From the IMG/VR virus record IMGVR_UViG_3300033121_001941, positions 24,657-88,656 of that record: a stretch of 64,000 nucleotides of DNA; one strand, given 5' to 3'. Positions 1 through 9,054 of the stretch are shown here, piece by piece (the stretch's first letter is position 1; every line of letters starts with the position of its first letter). The notes under the pieces are model-generated. The model did no database searches. It was not told where the DNA came from and was given only the letters and a program-made list of their open reading frames with translations. The translations under genes were made by a program, and so were the position numbers. Origin of the DNA: a virus (taxonomy: Duplodnaviria > Caudoviricetes).

Positions 1-3
1 GGC

Positions 4-243
4 ATGTGTTCCTGTTCTCTAATGGCAAAAATAATAAATATTCTAGAAGAAAAATTAATTCACCGCGATCCTGACGCCGATGAACCTTCTTGGCGAACAA
101 GAGTCAAACGAAGGGAAAATGATATTCTTTTTCTTGCGTGGGTTAAAAATGCTAGCGTATTAGAATTGCAAGAACGTGTTCTTCAAGAAAAAGGTTGGAA
201 ATTAATTTCCATTCAACGAATGATTAGAAAACATGAAAAATGA
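4..243 (+). CDS. hypothetical protein (may be truncated by the window edge)
   Basis: 79-aa ORF whose stop overlaps the next ORF. Confidence 0.5.
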   Translation: MCSCSLMAKIINILEEKLIHRDPDADEPSWRTRVKRRENDILFLAWVKNASVLELQERVLQEKGWKLISIQRMIRKHEK

Positions 244-421
244 TCTGCATTCACATATTGAAATTAATATATCAATGATTCGATCTTTTTTGCGATCTGG
301 ATTACGTGAAGATGTTATTGTTCAACGACTTTTAAATGCACAATTCAAAATTGAAGATATTTATCTAGCTCTCGCGGCCGCAAAAATTCTAATTAAAAAT
401 GAAAAAACCCAATATGAATAA
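233..421 (+). CDS. hypothetical protein
   Basis: 62-aa ORF in an overlapping co-oriented run. Confidence 0.5.
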   Translation: MKNDLHSHIEINISMIRSFLRSGLREDVIVQRLLNAQFKIEDIYLALAAAKILIKNEKTQYE

Positions 422-635
422 TGTAATTTCTATGGAGAAATTTTCCGGTGCCTTTATTGAAAGGATCAAGTTTGACGACGACAATTCTGAATCGACGTTG
501 TATTTGTATGTAAATAACATTGCTAAACGTTGTGAATTTCGTCAAATAAGTTACGGTGGACATTTCATGTCGACGTCAGTAACATTTGACGAATTAAAAG
601 AATTGAAATTCATACTTGAAAAAATCATAAAATGA
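399..635 (+). CDS. hypothetical protein
   Basis: 78-aa ORF, coupled to neighbours. Confidence 0.55.
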   Translation: MKKPNMNNVISMEKFSGAFIERIKFDDDNSESTLYLYVNNIAKRCEFRQISYGGHFMSTSVTFDELKELKFILEKIIK

Positions 636-1096
636 CAGACAAGATAATTCATCTTGCCCGCAATCCTGGTCACCCTGTATTGGTTACGTGGTGTGGATTT
701 TCACAGGCAAAAGAATCTGAAAAATATATGCGTGATTTGAAAAAAATGCATGACAAATATGCTTCAGAAACTAATGTTCGCGCAATGACACAATCAAAAC
801 AACCGATTGTTACGTCGGGATTTTGGAACTGTTTTGCATGTAACGCAAATTTACGCGCTGAAGCTCGAAGAATTGCATGCATTTTGTACGTTTTGCCCAA
901 AGAAGAACATCTTGTCTTGGAAGGTTGTGGTGATTCATCTTGCGTGATTAGAAATCAAGGAGGAATGGCAACGAATGGTGGATGTCGTTGTGAATTACAT
1001 GAATTGCGTGAAGGAGTCAGGCAGTGGAAACAACATGCGTTGCGACTTGAATCACTTCTTGTTTCAAAAGTTAAGAAAATTAAGGTCAACAAATGA
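632..1096 (+). CDS. hypothetical protein with Cys-rich motifs
   Basis: 154-aa ORF; CxxC (CFAC) and GCGDSSC...GGCRC motifs; ATGA overlap with next ORF. Confidence 0.6.
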   Translation: MTDKIIHLARNPGHPVLVTWCGFSQAKESEKYMRDLKKMHDKYASETNVRAMTQSKQPIVTSGFWNCFACNANLRAEARRIACILYVLPKEEHLVLEGCGDSSCVIRNQGGMATNGGCRCELHELREGVRQWKQHALRLESLLVSKVKKIKVNK

Positions 1097-1260
1097 TTCC
1101 AATTTGTACGCATTACGAAGAAGACGATACGGGTGTTGGTGATAACAATCAATTACCTTGTTTTAAACCAGCAACACATTATTCATGTAAGAATTTTCCG
1201 CAAGATCAGAAATTAAATGCGTGTGAAAAACACAAATGTAGATGTAAACAGCCTACATAA
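1093..1260 (+). CDS. small Cys-rich hypothetical protein (55 aa)
   Basis: Manually translated MIPICTHYEEDD...CEKHKCRCKQPT; fills the gap and overlaps the previous stop by ATGA. Confidence 0.5.
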   Translation: MIPICTHYEEDDTGVGDNNQLPCFKPATHYSCKNFPQDQKLNACEKHKCRCKQPT

Positions 1261-1268
1261 TTATTGTC

Positions 1269-1451
1269 ATGTCTTCAAAACAAAAACGAAAAAAATTCAT
1301 TCCAAGGAACCTTGTTGTTCTTGGGATGTTGTTGTCGTGCAAAAGTGGATATATGCATGATCGACGTGAAGAGCGAGGTGGCTCACGAAATGAAATGAAA
1401 GATTTCATTGAAGAATACGAAGAATATAATGACGAATATGATGACACGTAA
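1269..1451 (+). CDS. hypothetical protein with acidic tail
   Basis: 60-aa ORF. Confidence 0.5.
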   Translation: MSSKQKRKKFIPRNLVVLGMLLSCKSGYMHDRREERGGSRNEMKDFIEEYEEYNDEYDDT

Positions 1452-1487
1452 GTGTCATTTTTATTGTTTCTATATTATGATTAAGAT

Positions 1488-2831
1488 ATGAAATCTGTTA
1501 TTGACATTCTTGAATCTCTAGAATCAACACAGGGAAGTCTTGCAAAGCGAGAAATTCTTGAAGTAAATCGAAACAATGAACTTCTTAAACGGGTTTTTGT
1601 TGCTGCGGGGGATCCATATACTGTTTACAATGTGAACAAATTTAAGTGCCCACCGCCTATTTCAAAAACAAGTAATGATAATGACGTTGTTTTACATTTT
1701 ATTGGAAATGTTCTTCAATGTCTTTCGAGCCGTTCTGTAACAGGAAATGCTGCGAAACAACTTGTTGTTGATACGTTTTCAACAATGTCTGAACTTCAAC
1801 AAAAATGGTGTCAACGCATTATTCTTAAGAATATGAGATGTGGCGTACAGGAATCAACTGTAAACAAAGTGTGGCCGGGAACTTTGAATAGTTTCGCTGT
1901 GGCCCTTGCTTCCACGGTAAAATCTGAATTTGTTGCAGGTGAAGGAATCAAAATTCTTGAACCTGTAAATTATCCTGTCCGCGTTGAACCAAAACTTGAT
2001 GGACTTCGTTGTATCGCAGTCAAACACAAAGGTGAAGTAACGTTTTATACGAGAAATGGGACAGTTCTTGAAACTCTTCCTCGCATTAAAAAAGCCCTTG
2101 AAAATGCAAATTATGACAACATGGTTCTTGACGCGGAAGCCATGAGTTCTGATTGGAATGATAGCATTCATGTTATTATGTCAAAAAAGACAAAACACGA
2201 TGACAGTGAAATTGTTCTAAATGTTTTTGACGCACTTTCGTACGAAGATTGGATTTCGCAGTCAAGTCATGAATCATATAATTCTAGGCTCGCTGCCGTA
2301 TCAGTTATCGTAAGTTCTGTGAACAATCCGTGCGTTAAACAAGTTCCACACATTATGGCGAAAAACGAAAGTGAACTTAAGGAATTTTTTGCTGAATGCA
2401 TGTCAAATCAGTTTGAAGGTGTAATGCTTAAAACCCTTAATACACCCTATTTGTTCAAGCGCAGTGATAATATCAAAAAACTTAAACCTTGCGTTACATA
2501 CGAAGGTGTAATTGTTGGTCATTATGATGGTCGCAGAGGGACAAAACGCGAAGGACTTTTTAATGGAATTGAAGTTGTTTTTCCGAACGGAATTGTAACT
2601 CGTGTTGGAAGTGGTTTTACTGATTCGATTCGAACTGATGTTCAACTAAATGGCCCAGATTCATATATTGGGAAAATTGTCGAAATCGAAGCGCAACCTG
2701 ATCCAATGACACTCGATGGTCTGTCAAAAGATGGGAAGGCCCGCTTTCCAGTTTTTTGTAGATTTCGTGATGAATCAGACGTTGATCCAAAGGTGATTGC
2801 TGCAGGCGTAAAATACTTTGAGGAATTGTAA
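1488..2831 (+). CDS. lig: ATP-dependent DNA ligase
   Basis: Motif I EPKLDGLR (KxDGxR), DAE, FDAL, EGVMLK, KLK and C-terminal OB fold (VGSGF...RFPVF). Confidence 0.95.
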   Translation: MKSVIDILESLESTQGSLAKREILEVNRNNELLKRVFVAAGDPYTVYNVNKFKCPPPISKTSNDNDVVLHFIGNVLQCLSSRSVTGNAAKQLVVDTFSTMSELQQKWCQRIILKNMRCGVQESTVNKVWPGTLNSFAVALASTVKSEFVAGEGIKILEPVNYPVRVEPKLDGLRCIAVKHKGEVTFYTRNGTVLETLPRIKKALENANYDNMVLDAEAMSSDWNDSIHVIMSKKTKHDDSEIVLNVFDALSYEDWISQSSHESYNSRLAAVSVIVSSVNNPCVKQVPHIMAKNESELKEFFAECMSNQFEGVMLKTLNTPYLFKRSDNIKKLKPCVTYEGVIVGHYDGRRGTKREGLFNGIEVVFPNGIVTRVGSGFTDSIRTDVQLNGPDSYIGKIVEIEAQPDPMTLDGLSKDGKARFPVFCRFRDESDVDPKVIAAGVKYFEEL

Positions 2832-2835
2832 GAAA

Positions 2836-3150
2836 ATGAAAGATATTTTTAATAAACAAATTTGTGTTAATGATAATGTTATATTTTCAACGAGAGGGAC
2901 ATGTAATTATTCACATTTATCATTGGGCGTAGTTACAAAAGTAACAGATCGTCACCTAATGATTTTAGTTTTAAAATCAAGTTCATTTGCATTTCGTAAC
3001 GGTCTTAGAAAAATTGTTTATTTCAAAAATGAAAACGATGAATATGATTCAAAAATAGTTGTTAAACGTAAACCAAACATGCCGTATAAGACACGTATAT
3101 TACGTAGTGATAATATTGTAGTTGTTCCCATGAACATGGTGAATGTATGA
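2836..3150 (+). CDS. hypothetical protein
   Basis: ORF; start trimmed to the ATG after the ligase stop. Confidence 0.55.
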   Translation: MKDIFNKQICVNDNVIFSTRGTCNYSHLSLGVVTKVTDRHLMILVLKSSSFAFRNGLRKIVYFKNENDEYDSKIVVKRKPNMPYKTRILRSDNIVVVPMNMVNV

Positions 3151-3455
3151 TTCTTTGGCGAGGAAAATCTAAAGCTTGTTCTTTTCCTGAACGAAGTCGT
3201 ATACGTTATCGTATCATATTAGAAGTTACGTCAAGTTCTCTTTCTCTTAAAAAAGAAGTGCTTTCACAAGCAGGTCATTGGAAAGTTGAACCATGGACAC
3301 TTTACCAACTGTGTTGGTATTTTGGGGCGCCTCAGTTTGGATTTAGGCACGCATGGTATGATGGCCCAAATTGCAGTTTTGCATTTGGGTTTTTAATTTT
3401 TAGTTGGCATCAATTTGATTGTAAAAAATGTGATAAAAATTTAAAGAAAACGTAA
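3147..3455 (+). CDS. hypothetical protein
   Basis: 102-aa ORF, coupled to neighbours. Confidence 0.55.
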   Translation: MILWRGKSKACSFPERSRIRYRIILEVTSSSLSLKKEVLSQAGHWKVEPWTLYQLCWYFGAPQFGFRHAWYDGPNCSFAFGFLIFSWHQFDCKKCDKNLKKT

Positions 3456-4334
3456 ATGAAAAAAACGTTGTTATTCACCGGATTGTTTCTCGTTGAAGTA
3501 TTGTCTTCTGCGCATTCATGGCGAAATGTTGGCTCCGCGTGGCAAATTTCCGATATTGAAAATCCGGTTGTTCAACATCAAAATTTAGTCAATGATCATT
3601 GTCCAACTGACATGATACATGTATCAGGACAAATGAAGCAAAACGATCCTATAAAAGGAAGCGTCGAGACGTTACAATTAACAACGTGTTTAAATTTTCT
3701 TGATGGTTTTGATGAAAATGGCATTCCAAAATTTCCTGAAAGATGTCAAATTTTTGATAAAGAAAAATGGAAAAAAATATCTTCAACACTAACAACGAAA
3801 CATATTAACGTATGTATCGATAAATTTGAATTTCCCAATATTCCCGGTGTTTATCCAATAATCGCTATTAATTACTATGAATCACAAACATTGTGTGCTT
3901 CAAAACAGAAACGTCTTTGTTTCGAAGATGAATGGACATTTGCTTGTGAAGGCCCAGAAGCTTTACCATATCCATATGGGTATGTTCGCGATTCTACAAC
4001 GTGTAATATTGATAAACAGTGGCGATTATTTGATGCAAATAAACTTATGCAACGAAAAAATATAATTGCTCGTGATGAACTTGCAAGATTGTGGCAAGGT
4101 GAAGCATCGGGAATGAGACCTAATTGTCATAGCGTATTTGGCGTATATGATCAAACAGGTAACGTAGATGAATGGGTTACGACTATAAATCTCAGGCCGT
4201 TTCAATCTGTGTTAACCGGAGGATATTGGGGCCCTGTTCGTGCACGTTGTCGTCCAAAAACGACCGTTCATAATGAAAGTCACTATTTTTATCAACAAGG
4301 ATTTCGTTGTTGTGTAACGCCAATTCAAAATTGA
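3456..4334 (+). CDS. FGE-sulfatase/SUMF1 (C-type lectin fold) domain protein with signal-like N-terminus
   Basis: KRLCFEDEWTFAC, PYPYG, FGVYDQTGNVDEW, GGYW and terminal GFRCC motifs. Confidence 0.85.
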   Translation: MKKTLLFTGLFLVEVLSSAHSWRNVGSAWQISDIENPVVQHQNLVNDHCPTDMIHVSGQMKQNDPIKGSVETLQLTTCLNFLDGFDENGIPKFPERCQIFDKEKWKKISSTLTTKHINVCIDKFEFPNIPGVYPIIAINYYESQTLCASKQKRLCFEDEWTFACEGPEALPYPYGYVRDSTTCNIDKQWRLFDANKLMQRKNIIARDELARLWQGEASGMRPNCHSVFGVYDQTGNVDEWVTTINLRPFQSVLTGGYWGPVRARCRPKTTVHNESHYFYQQGFRCCVTPIQN

Positions 4335-4346
4335 TATTTTAAAAAA

Positions 4347-4514
4347 GTGATTAAAGTTAAAACACTTAAACGCAGTAATCACAATAATGTGAAACGTCTA
4401 GCTACGTGGTTGAAATTAAAACATATTGATTCAATGAGTCATGGTCAATTATGTCGTCTAATTTGTTGGTTACTTACGCGACGAGAAAAACGTCAACGAA
4501 ATCTCATACCGTGA
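4347..4514 (+). CDS. small basic hypothetical protein (55 aa, GTG start)
   Basis: Manually translated open frame filling the intergenic gap. Confidence 0.4.
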   Translation: MIKVKTLKRSNHNNVKRLATWLKLKHIDSMSHGQLCRLICWLLTRREKRQRNLIP

Positions 4515-4578
4515 GAATATTTATTTTTCGGATAGAGGTTACCAATATTATGCAGTCCAAAATTAATCGTGGGTTAAC

Positions 4579-4830
4579 GTGGGTGCCTCAAAAACCATTC
4601 TAGAAACACCGATGACCAGTAAAATTCATTACTTTAACATGTGTCCCAGTCGTTGTTTTTGGAAATCAACAACGCCTATGAGTTCTATCGATATAACCAT
4701 AGATGTTAAATACGTTACGTGTCAGACATGCAAAAAAATGATTCTTGAACATGTGTTAAATGTTGATTGGGAAAAATTGAATATCGACGAATTGAATATT
4801 ATTTCTTCGTGGGCAAATTCAAAAAAGTGA
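4579..4830 (+). CDS. hypothetical protein (possible Zn-binding)
   Basis: 83-aa ORF with H...C...CxxC (VTCQTC). Confidence 0.5.
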   Translation: MGASKTILETPMTSKIHYFNMCPSRCFWKSTTPMSSIDITIDVKYVTCQTCKKMILEHVLNVDWEKLNIDELNIISSWANSKK

Positions 4831-4868
4831 ATTGTACTAACTACAAAATATAGAATGATTACATAGTA

Positions 4869-6203
4869 ATGAAAAAGTTTGATATTGATCGTCACATGAT
4901 TCCGTTTTTAACGTCGAATATATTTCTTGCCGAAATTTCTAGACGTATTATGAAAGTTGAATCTAAAACAATTTCGACAGCAGCAATTGGATTTGATCAA
5001 AAGAATGATCAAATTACAATGTATTACAATGCCGAATTCCTAGAATCACTTGATGATTGTGAAATTCACGGTCTTATCAAGCACGAATATTATCATTTTT
5101 TCCTTGGTCACCTCGTTGACCGTAGAAAAGAACCACATTTTTTGTTTAATGTTGCTGGTGATCTTGCAATCAATTCATTGATTATTGAACACGGAGTCCA
5201 AATAGGAAAAACAACATCAGAGTATGATGTTCGACTTTTGCCAAAGAGCGCTCTAATTCCTGGACAATGGCCTATTACTCGCGAAGGAAAACGATTGACA
5301 TCAAAAGATGTCAAGAGTGATAGTATGGAGGCGCTGATCGCATCATTTCCAAAACTTAAATCAACTGAATGGTATTTCAGTAAACTAGTTGAAAATAAAA
5401 AAGACGACTGGGGCGGCTGCGGCGACGCGGGCGACGCGGGCGACGCGGGCGACGTTTCGGGTAGTGGAGAAGGTGCAGGAGAAGGTGCAGGAGAAATTGG
5501 TACACTTGATGATCATTCTCTCTGGGATCAAGTCCCAGAAGATAAACGAGAATACGTAAAGGCAAAAATCACAGATATAATTAAGAATGCTGTGAACCAG
5601 GCTGATTCCAAAAATTCTTGGGGTAATATTCCTCAAGAACTTCGTGAAGAAATTCGTAAATCAATTTCGGGAACGATTGATTGGAAAAATGTTTTGCGCC
5701 AATTTGTTGGTAGTCTTGTTCGAGGTGCAAGAACGTCTTCGATTAAGAAAATCAACAGACGTTATCCGTACATTCACCCAGGAATTAAGCGTTCATATGT
5801 CGCAAAGTTGATTATTTTTCGTGATGAATCGGGAAGCGTCAGTAATGAGATGCTATCTGATTTTTTTGCAGAACTTGCGTCACTGACGAAAAATGTTGAA
5901 ATTGATTTCTGCCCATTTGATTGTTACTGCGATGAAAAAGATATTGTTCCGTGGCGAAAAGGTACAATTCCTGAAAAGGCAACAAAGCGTACACGTGGAG
6001 GTGGAACTGATTTTAACGCTCCCACTGCGATCATTAACGATGTAAAAAATCGTAAACGTTGGGACGGGGCATTGATTATGACTGATGGTTATGCGCCTAA
6101 ACCGGAACCATCTTACAAGAAGAGAGCTTGGGTCCTTGCAAAAGGATGCAAGCTTGAATTTGAAAGTCCTGAACTTCAAATCAAAATTGAAAATAATACA
6201 TAA
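4869..6203 (+). CDS. HExxH metallopeptidase-like plus vWA domain protein (DUF2201-like)
   Basis: HEYYH, NVAGDLAIN, acidic Gly-rich linker, DESGSVS (DxSxS MIDAS), GGGTDF, MTDG. Confidence 0.85.
   Translation: MKKFDIDRHMIPFLTSNIFLAEISRRIMKVESKTISTAAIGFDQKNDQITMYYNAEFLESLDDCEIHGLIKHEYYHFFLGHLVDRRKEPHFLFNVAGDLAINSLIIEHGVQIGKTTSEYDVRLLPKSALIPGQWPITREGKRLTSKDVKSDSMEALIASFPKLKSTEWYFSKLVENKKDDWGGCGDAGDAGDAGDVSGSGEGAGEGAGEIGTLDDHSLWDQVPEDKREYVKAKITDIIKNAVNQADSKNSWGNIPQELREEIRKSISGTIDWKNVLRQFVGSLVRGARTSSIKKINRRYPYIHPGIKRSYVAKLIIFRDESGSVSNEMLSDFFAELASLTKNVEIDFCPFDCYCDEKDIVPWRKGTIPEKATKRTRGGGTDFNAPTAIINDVKNRKRWDGALIMTDGYAPKPEPSYKKRAWVLAKGCKLEFESPELQIKIENNT
5421..5495 (+). repeat. in-frame GC-rich tandem repeats: GGCGACGCG x3.8, then GAAGGTGCAGGA x2
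   Basis: Visible directly; encodes GDAGDAGDAGD and EGAGEGAGE in the linker. Confidence 0.9.
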
Positions 6204-6204
6204 T

Positions 6205-6420
6205 ATGAATTTTTTTCTCAATAAGAACATTCATCGTTTTGCTAAAATTTTCTGGATGTGTTTGACGATTTTTTCTGTGGTCGGCGTTATTTCATCTAAG
6301 GATGTTCAAAATTCATATGCGTTTATCATGTACGTATACTTGATATTAATGTGGACTGGGAATCGTATTATTACAGAAGGTATTGAAGCAATATTCTCCA
6401 AAAAAGAAAAACAAGAATAA
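6205..6420 (+). CDS. small membrane protein (two hydrophobic segments)
   Basis: ATG at 6205 after the previous stop; hydrophobic stretches IFWMCLTIFSVVGVI and YAFIMYVYLILMW. Confidence 0.55.
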   Translation: MNFFLNKNIHRFAKIFWMCLTIFSVVGVISSKDVQNSYAFIMYVYLILMWTGNRIITEGIEAIFSKKEKQE

Positions 6421-6468
6421 TTTGGGTTATAACATTCATGAGGTATCATTTAAATAGAGTGTTACCTC

Positions 6469-6699
6469 ATGAACGTTAAATATAAACCCGGCGATATTCT
6501 CGTTTTGCGAAAATTTGCTTTCGATGCAAAACTTTGGTCAGATGCAAAATTAAATTCAATTGAATTTCATGGTTTGTTGCGCGAAAATCAATGTGCCATG
6601 GTGATATCATCATATAGCAATGACAATTTAATTGTATATGTTATTGCACCAGAAGGTGTTGGCTGGATATATGGCGCCAACGTTGAATTATTAGAATGA
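6469..6699 (+). CDS. small hypothetical protein (YxPGDL-type)
   Basis: 76 aa; YKPGDIL start resembles the next ORF. Confidence 0.55.
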   Translation: MNVKYKPGDILVLRKFAFDAKLWSDAKLNSIEFHGLLRENQCAMVISSYSNDNLIVYVIAPEGVGWIYGANVELLE

Positions 6700-6938
6700 A
6701 CAATTGTTATCCTGGGGATCTAATAAAAATTGATTCAAGAAATTTTTTATTGTATCGTCGTTTGTCTATGTCTGGAATTCCTTATGACGCATATGATGCT
6801 TTTTTGAATGATAATAATTCATCATTATCAATGATAATATCTTCAATTGAATTGAAATCTGCATGGAAAAAAGTTTACTATGTCATAACAATATATGGAC
6901 TGTTTTACTTGTTTGAAGCTAGAACTAGCAACATGTAA
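6696..6938 (+). CDS. small hypothetical protein (YxPGDL-type)
   Basis: 80 aa; CYPGDLI start. Confidence 0.55.
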   Translation: MNNCYPGDLIKIDSRNFLLYRRLSMSGIPYDAYDAFLNDNNSSLSMIISSIELKSAWKKVYYVITIYGLFYLFEARTSNM

Positions 6939-6981
6939 ATTTACATATCTTGAAATGTCATATATTTAAGAATAGTCATAT

Positions 6982-7740
6982 ATGATAGTTCCTTTTTCAA
7001 CACCTGATGAGCAGAAATCCGCATCACAATTAATAGATGAATTTAAAGGTTTAACGAATGTTAAACGTGAAGAATTTGTAATTTCAAAAATCATTGATGG
7101 ACACGTACCTTCAAAAATGAGAAATTACGTTGAAATTCAAACAACCTTTTTTGATTCAACAAAACTAGAAAGACAATTATTGTTTTATGTGACATCTGAT
7201 TATTTGTCTATCGGAACTGACGAAGATAATTTACGTTTTCCGTTGACACCAATTGGCGCTCAAATAATTGCAGACGAAATAGATTGTATATTCCCAACAA
7301 CGAAAATCGTTAATTTGATTTGGGAAAATGGGAATAAAATTCCTCCACAACCGTGGGGCCCACCATATGATTCAACAATGTCTTCAACGGAACGTATTGT
7401 AAAACATGATGAAAACGTAAATAAGAAAATATTAGAACTTGGATATGATCAATTCTCACTTCTCGTTGGTCATAAAAAAGATGTTGTGATTACTAGAAAA
7501 TTGGAAAAAACCCCAAAGCAGGTTGCAATTTATGGTTGGCATCAATTAAATTCAATTCCTATTCAATCTCTTTATCTTGGGCATGATAGTCATTATCTTG
7601 ATTATTCACACGGTCATCGTTTTTGTTCACGTATATGTTTCTTAGACGGTGTTCAAGATAATTTAGAAAGAATTCTTAAAGATCCAAATTTAGCGATCGG
7701 TATATCATCAGAAGGTCCTTTAATTTCTGTTCGTTATTAG
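6982..7740 (+). CDS. uncharacterised protein with GHKKD / IYGWH / DYSHG motifs
   Basis: 252-aa ORF; clustered His/Asp motifs suggest a hydrolase-like fold, function not assigned. Confidence 0.6.
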   Translation: MIVPFSTPDEQKSASQLIDEFKGLTNVKREEFVISKIIDGHVPSKMRNYVEIQTTFFDSTKLERQLLFYVTSDYLSIGTDEDNLRFPLTPIGAQIIADEIDCIFPTTKIVNLIWENGNKIPPQPWGPPYDSTMSSTERIVKHDENVNKKILELGYDQFSLLVGHKKDVVITRKLEKTPKQVAIYGWHQLNSIPIQSLYLGHDSHYLDYSHGHRFCSRICFLDGVQDNLERILKDPNLAIGISSEGPLISVRY

Positions 7741-8482
7741 AATTTTTTAGTGTGAAATTTTCCCAATATTTAGATGTTAATCTCTGTTTAAATCGTTTTA
7801 AAATTCGAGGAGATTTATTTAAATTCCCGCGTAATATCTCAATATCGTTATTGAGCAATTTTAATTTATGTGCATCACTCATATTTTCTTTTTGTTTTAT
7901 TGAAACAAATTTTCCTTTTTGATAATTTGAAATTAAATTCTTTGTTTTTTCAGTTATCGGATATTGAACTTTTCGTTTTTTCCAAGCTTTACGCATTTTT
8001 TCTTTTGTTTCATCTGAAACAGGTGAACGCTTTTGATGAGCAATTGATATGTTTTTACGCCATTCAATAGAGCGATTTTGTTGTGATTTTTTTAAATTTT
8101 CTGACCATTTTTCTGATCTGTTGTTTTGAATAGTACTAAATTTTTTCTTAGTTTCAAGTGAATGTTTTTTCCCACAAAATGTCGGCCCGCCTTCGCCTCC
8201 GGGTGTCATATTATATCCCTTAGTTGAATCAACATATGATTCATAATAATGTATCCAGTATTTTTCTTTTAAAAGTGCATCTTTCAAAGAAACAATCTTA
8301 GATTCGATAATCTCAAACTTGAAATTATCAATGCCATATTTTGAAAGTGCATAATGAAATTTTTGTTTAATTTTATGTGTTGAAATTTTTTGATGGCGCA
8401 CCCAACGTTTTTCAGGATTTTTTGAATATCCAATATAGATTTTGTTATTAATGATATTTGTAATTTTATAGATTGAATACAT
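7676..8482 (-). CDS. free-standing GIY-YIG homing endonuclease with NUMOD3-like repeats
   Basis: SIYKITNIINNKIYIGYS, E...E..WI, GYNMTPGGEG, GKKHSLETKKK. Confidence 0.9.
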   Translation of the reverse strand: MYSIYKITNIINNKIYIGYSKNPEKRWVRHQKISTHKIKQKFHYALSKYGIDNFKFEIIESKIVSLKDALLKEKYWIHYYESYVDSTKGYNMTPGGEGGPTFCGKKHSLETKKKFSTIQNNRSEKWSENLKKSQQNRSIEWRKNISIAHQKRSPVSDETKEKMRKAWKKRKVQYPITEKTKNLISNYQKGKFVSIKQKENMSDAHKLKLLNNDIEILRGNLNKSPRILKRFKQRLTSKYWENFTLKNSNNEQKLKDLLMIYRSLNLDL

Positions 8483-8609
8483 AATTTATTGTAGCAAATT
8501 GTATACGCATATACACGTATAATTTAATATTTTCTTCATTCAGACAGCCTTGAATTATTTTGAAAATAGTTTGTACAAATAGCAACTAACTTGATATCTT
8601 ATTAAACAT

Positions 8610-8684
8610 GGCCCAATCTAACTAATTGGTTCAGGTGGGCGTCCTCTCAAGACGCAGGTGTGGGTTCAATTCCCATTTGGGTCA
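8610..8684 (+). tRNA. trnE: tRNA-Glu(CTC)
   Basis: GGCCCAA/TTGGGTC acceptor; GCGTC-CTCTCAA-GACGC anticodon arm; GTGGG-TTCAATT-CCCAT T arm. Confidence 0.85.
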
Positions 8685-8864
8685 CAAATTCAGAATTAAC
8701 GATAATGAAAACTTTAATGACAAACAAACTGAACGAAAGAACATCTAACATGTTTTCGCTCTTTAGTCATTCAGTTTTAGGGCGTTTGCCTGAAACAAAT
8801 CCACGTCCCTTAAAGGGTTGAAAAGTGGTTCCGGTAAGAGACACCCGGTAAAAAGATAAGTTAG

Positions 8865-8937
8865 CGGGGTATAGCGTAACCTGGTAGCGCGTTTGCTTTG
8901 GGAGCAAATAGTTTCAGTTCAAATCTGAATACCCCGA
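8865..8937 (+). tRNA. trnP: tRNA-Pro(TGG)
   Basis: CGGGGTA/TACCCCG acceptor; TTTGC-TTTGGGA-GCAAA anticodon arm. Confidence 0.9.
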
Positions 8938-8979
8938 CGAAGAAGAAATTCTTTGTTCATTGACAATCTATATTCCTAA

Positions 8980-9052
8980 CGACGTGTCGCCTAGTGGCTA
9001 AGGCATCTTCCTTACAAGGAGAATATCATGGGTTCGAGTCCCATCTCGTCGA
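8980..9052 (+). tRNA. trnV: tRNA-Val(TAC)
   Basis: TCTTC-CTTACAA-GGAGA anticodon arm; ATGGG-TTCGAGT-CCCAT T arm. Confidence 0.9.
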
Positions 9053-9054
9053 CG

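Noticed and set aside
3456-4334. Diversity-generating retroelement target
   Set aside because: The fold fits DGR targets, but no reverse transcriptase or template-repeat copy of the 3' end is visible in the window
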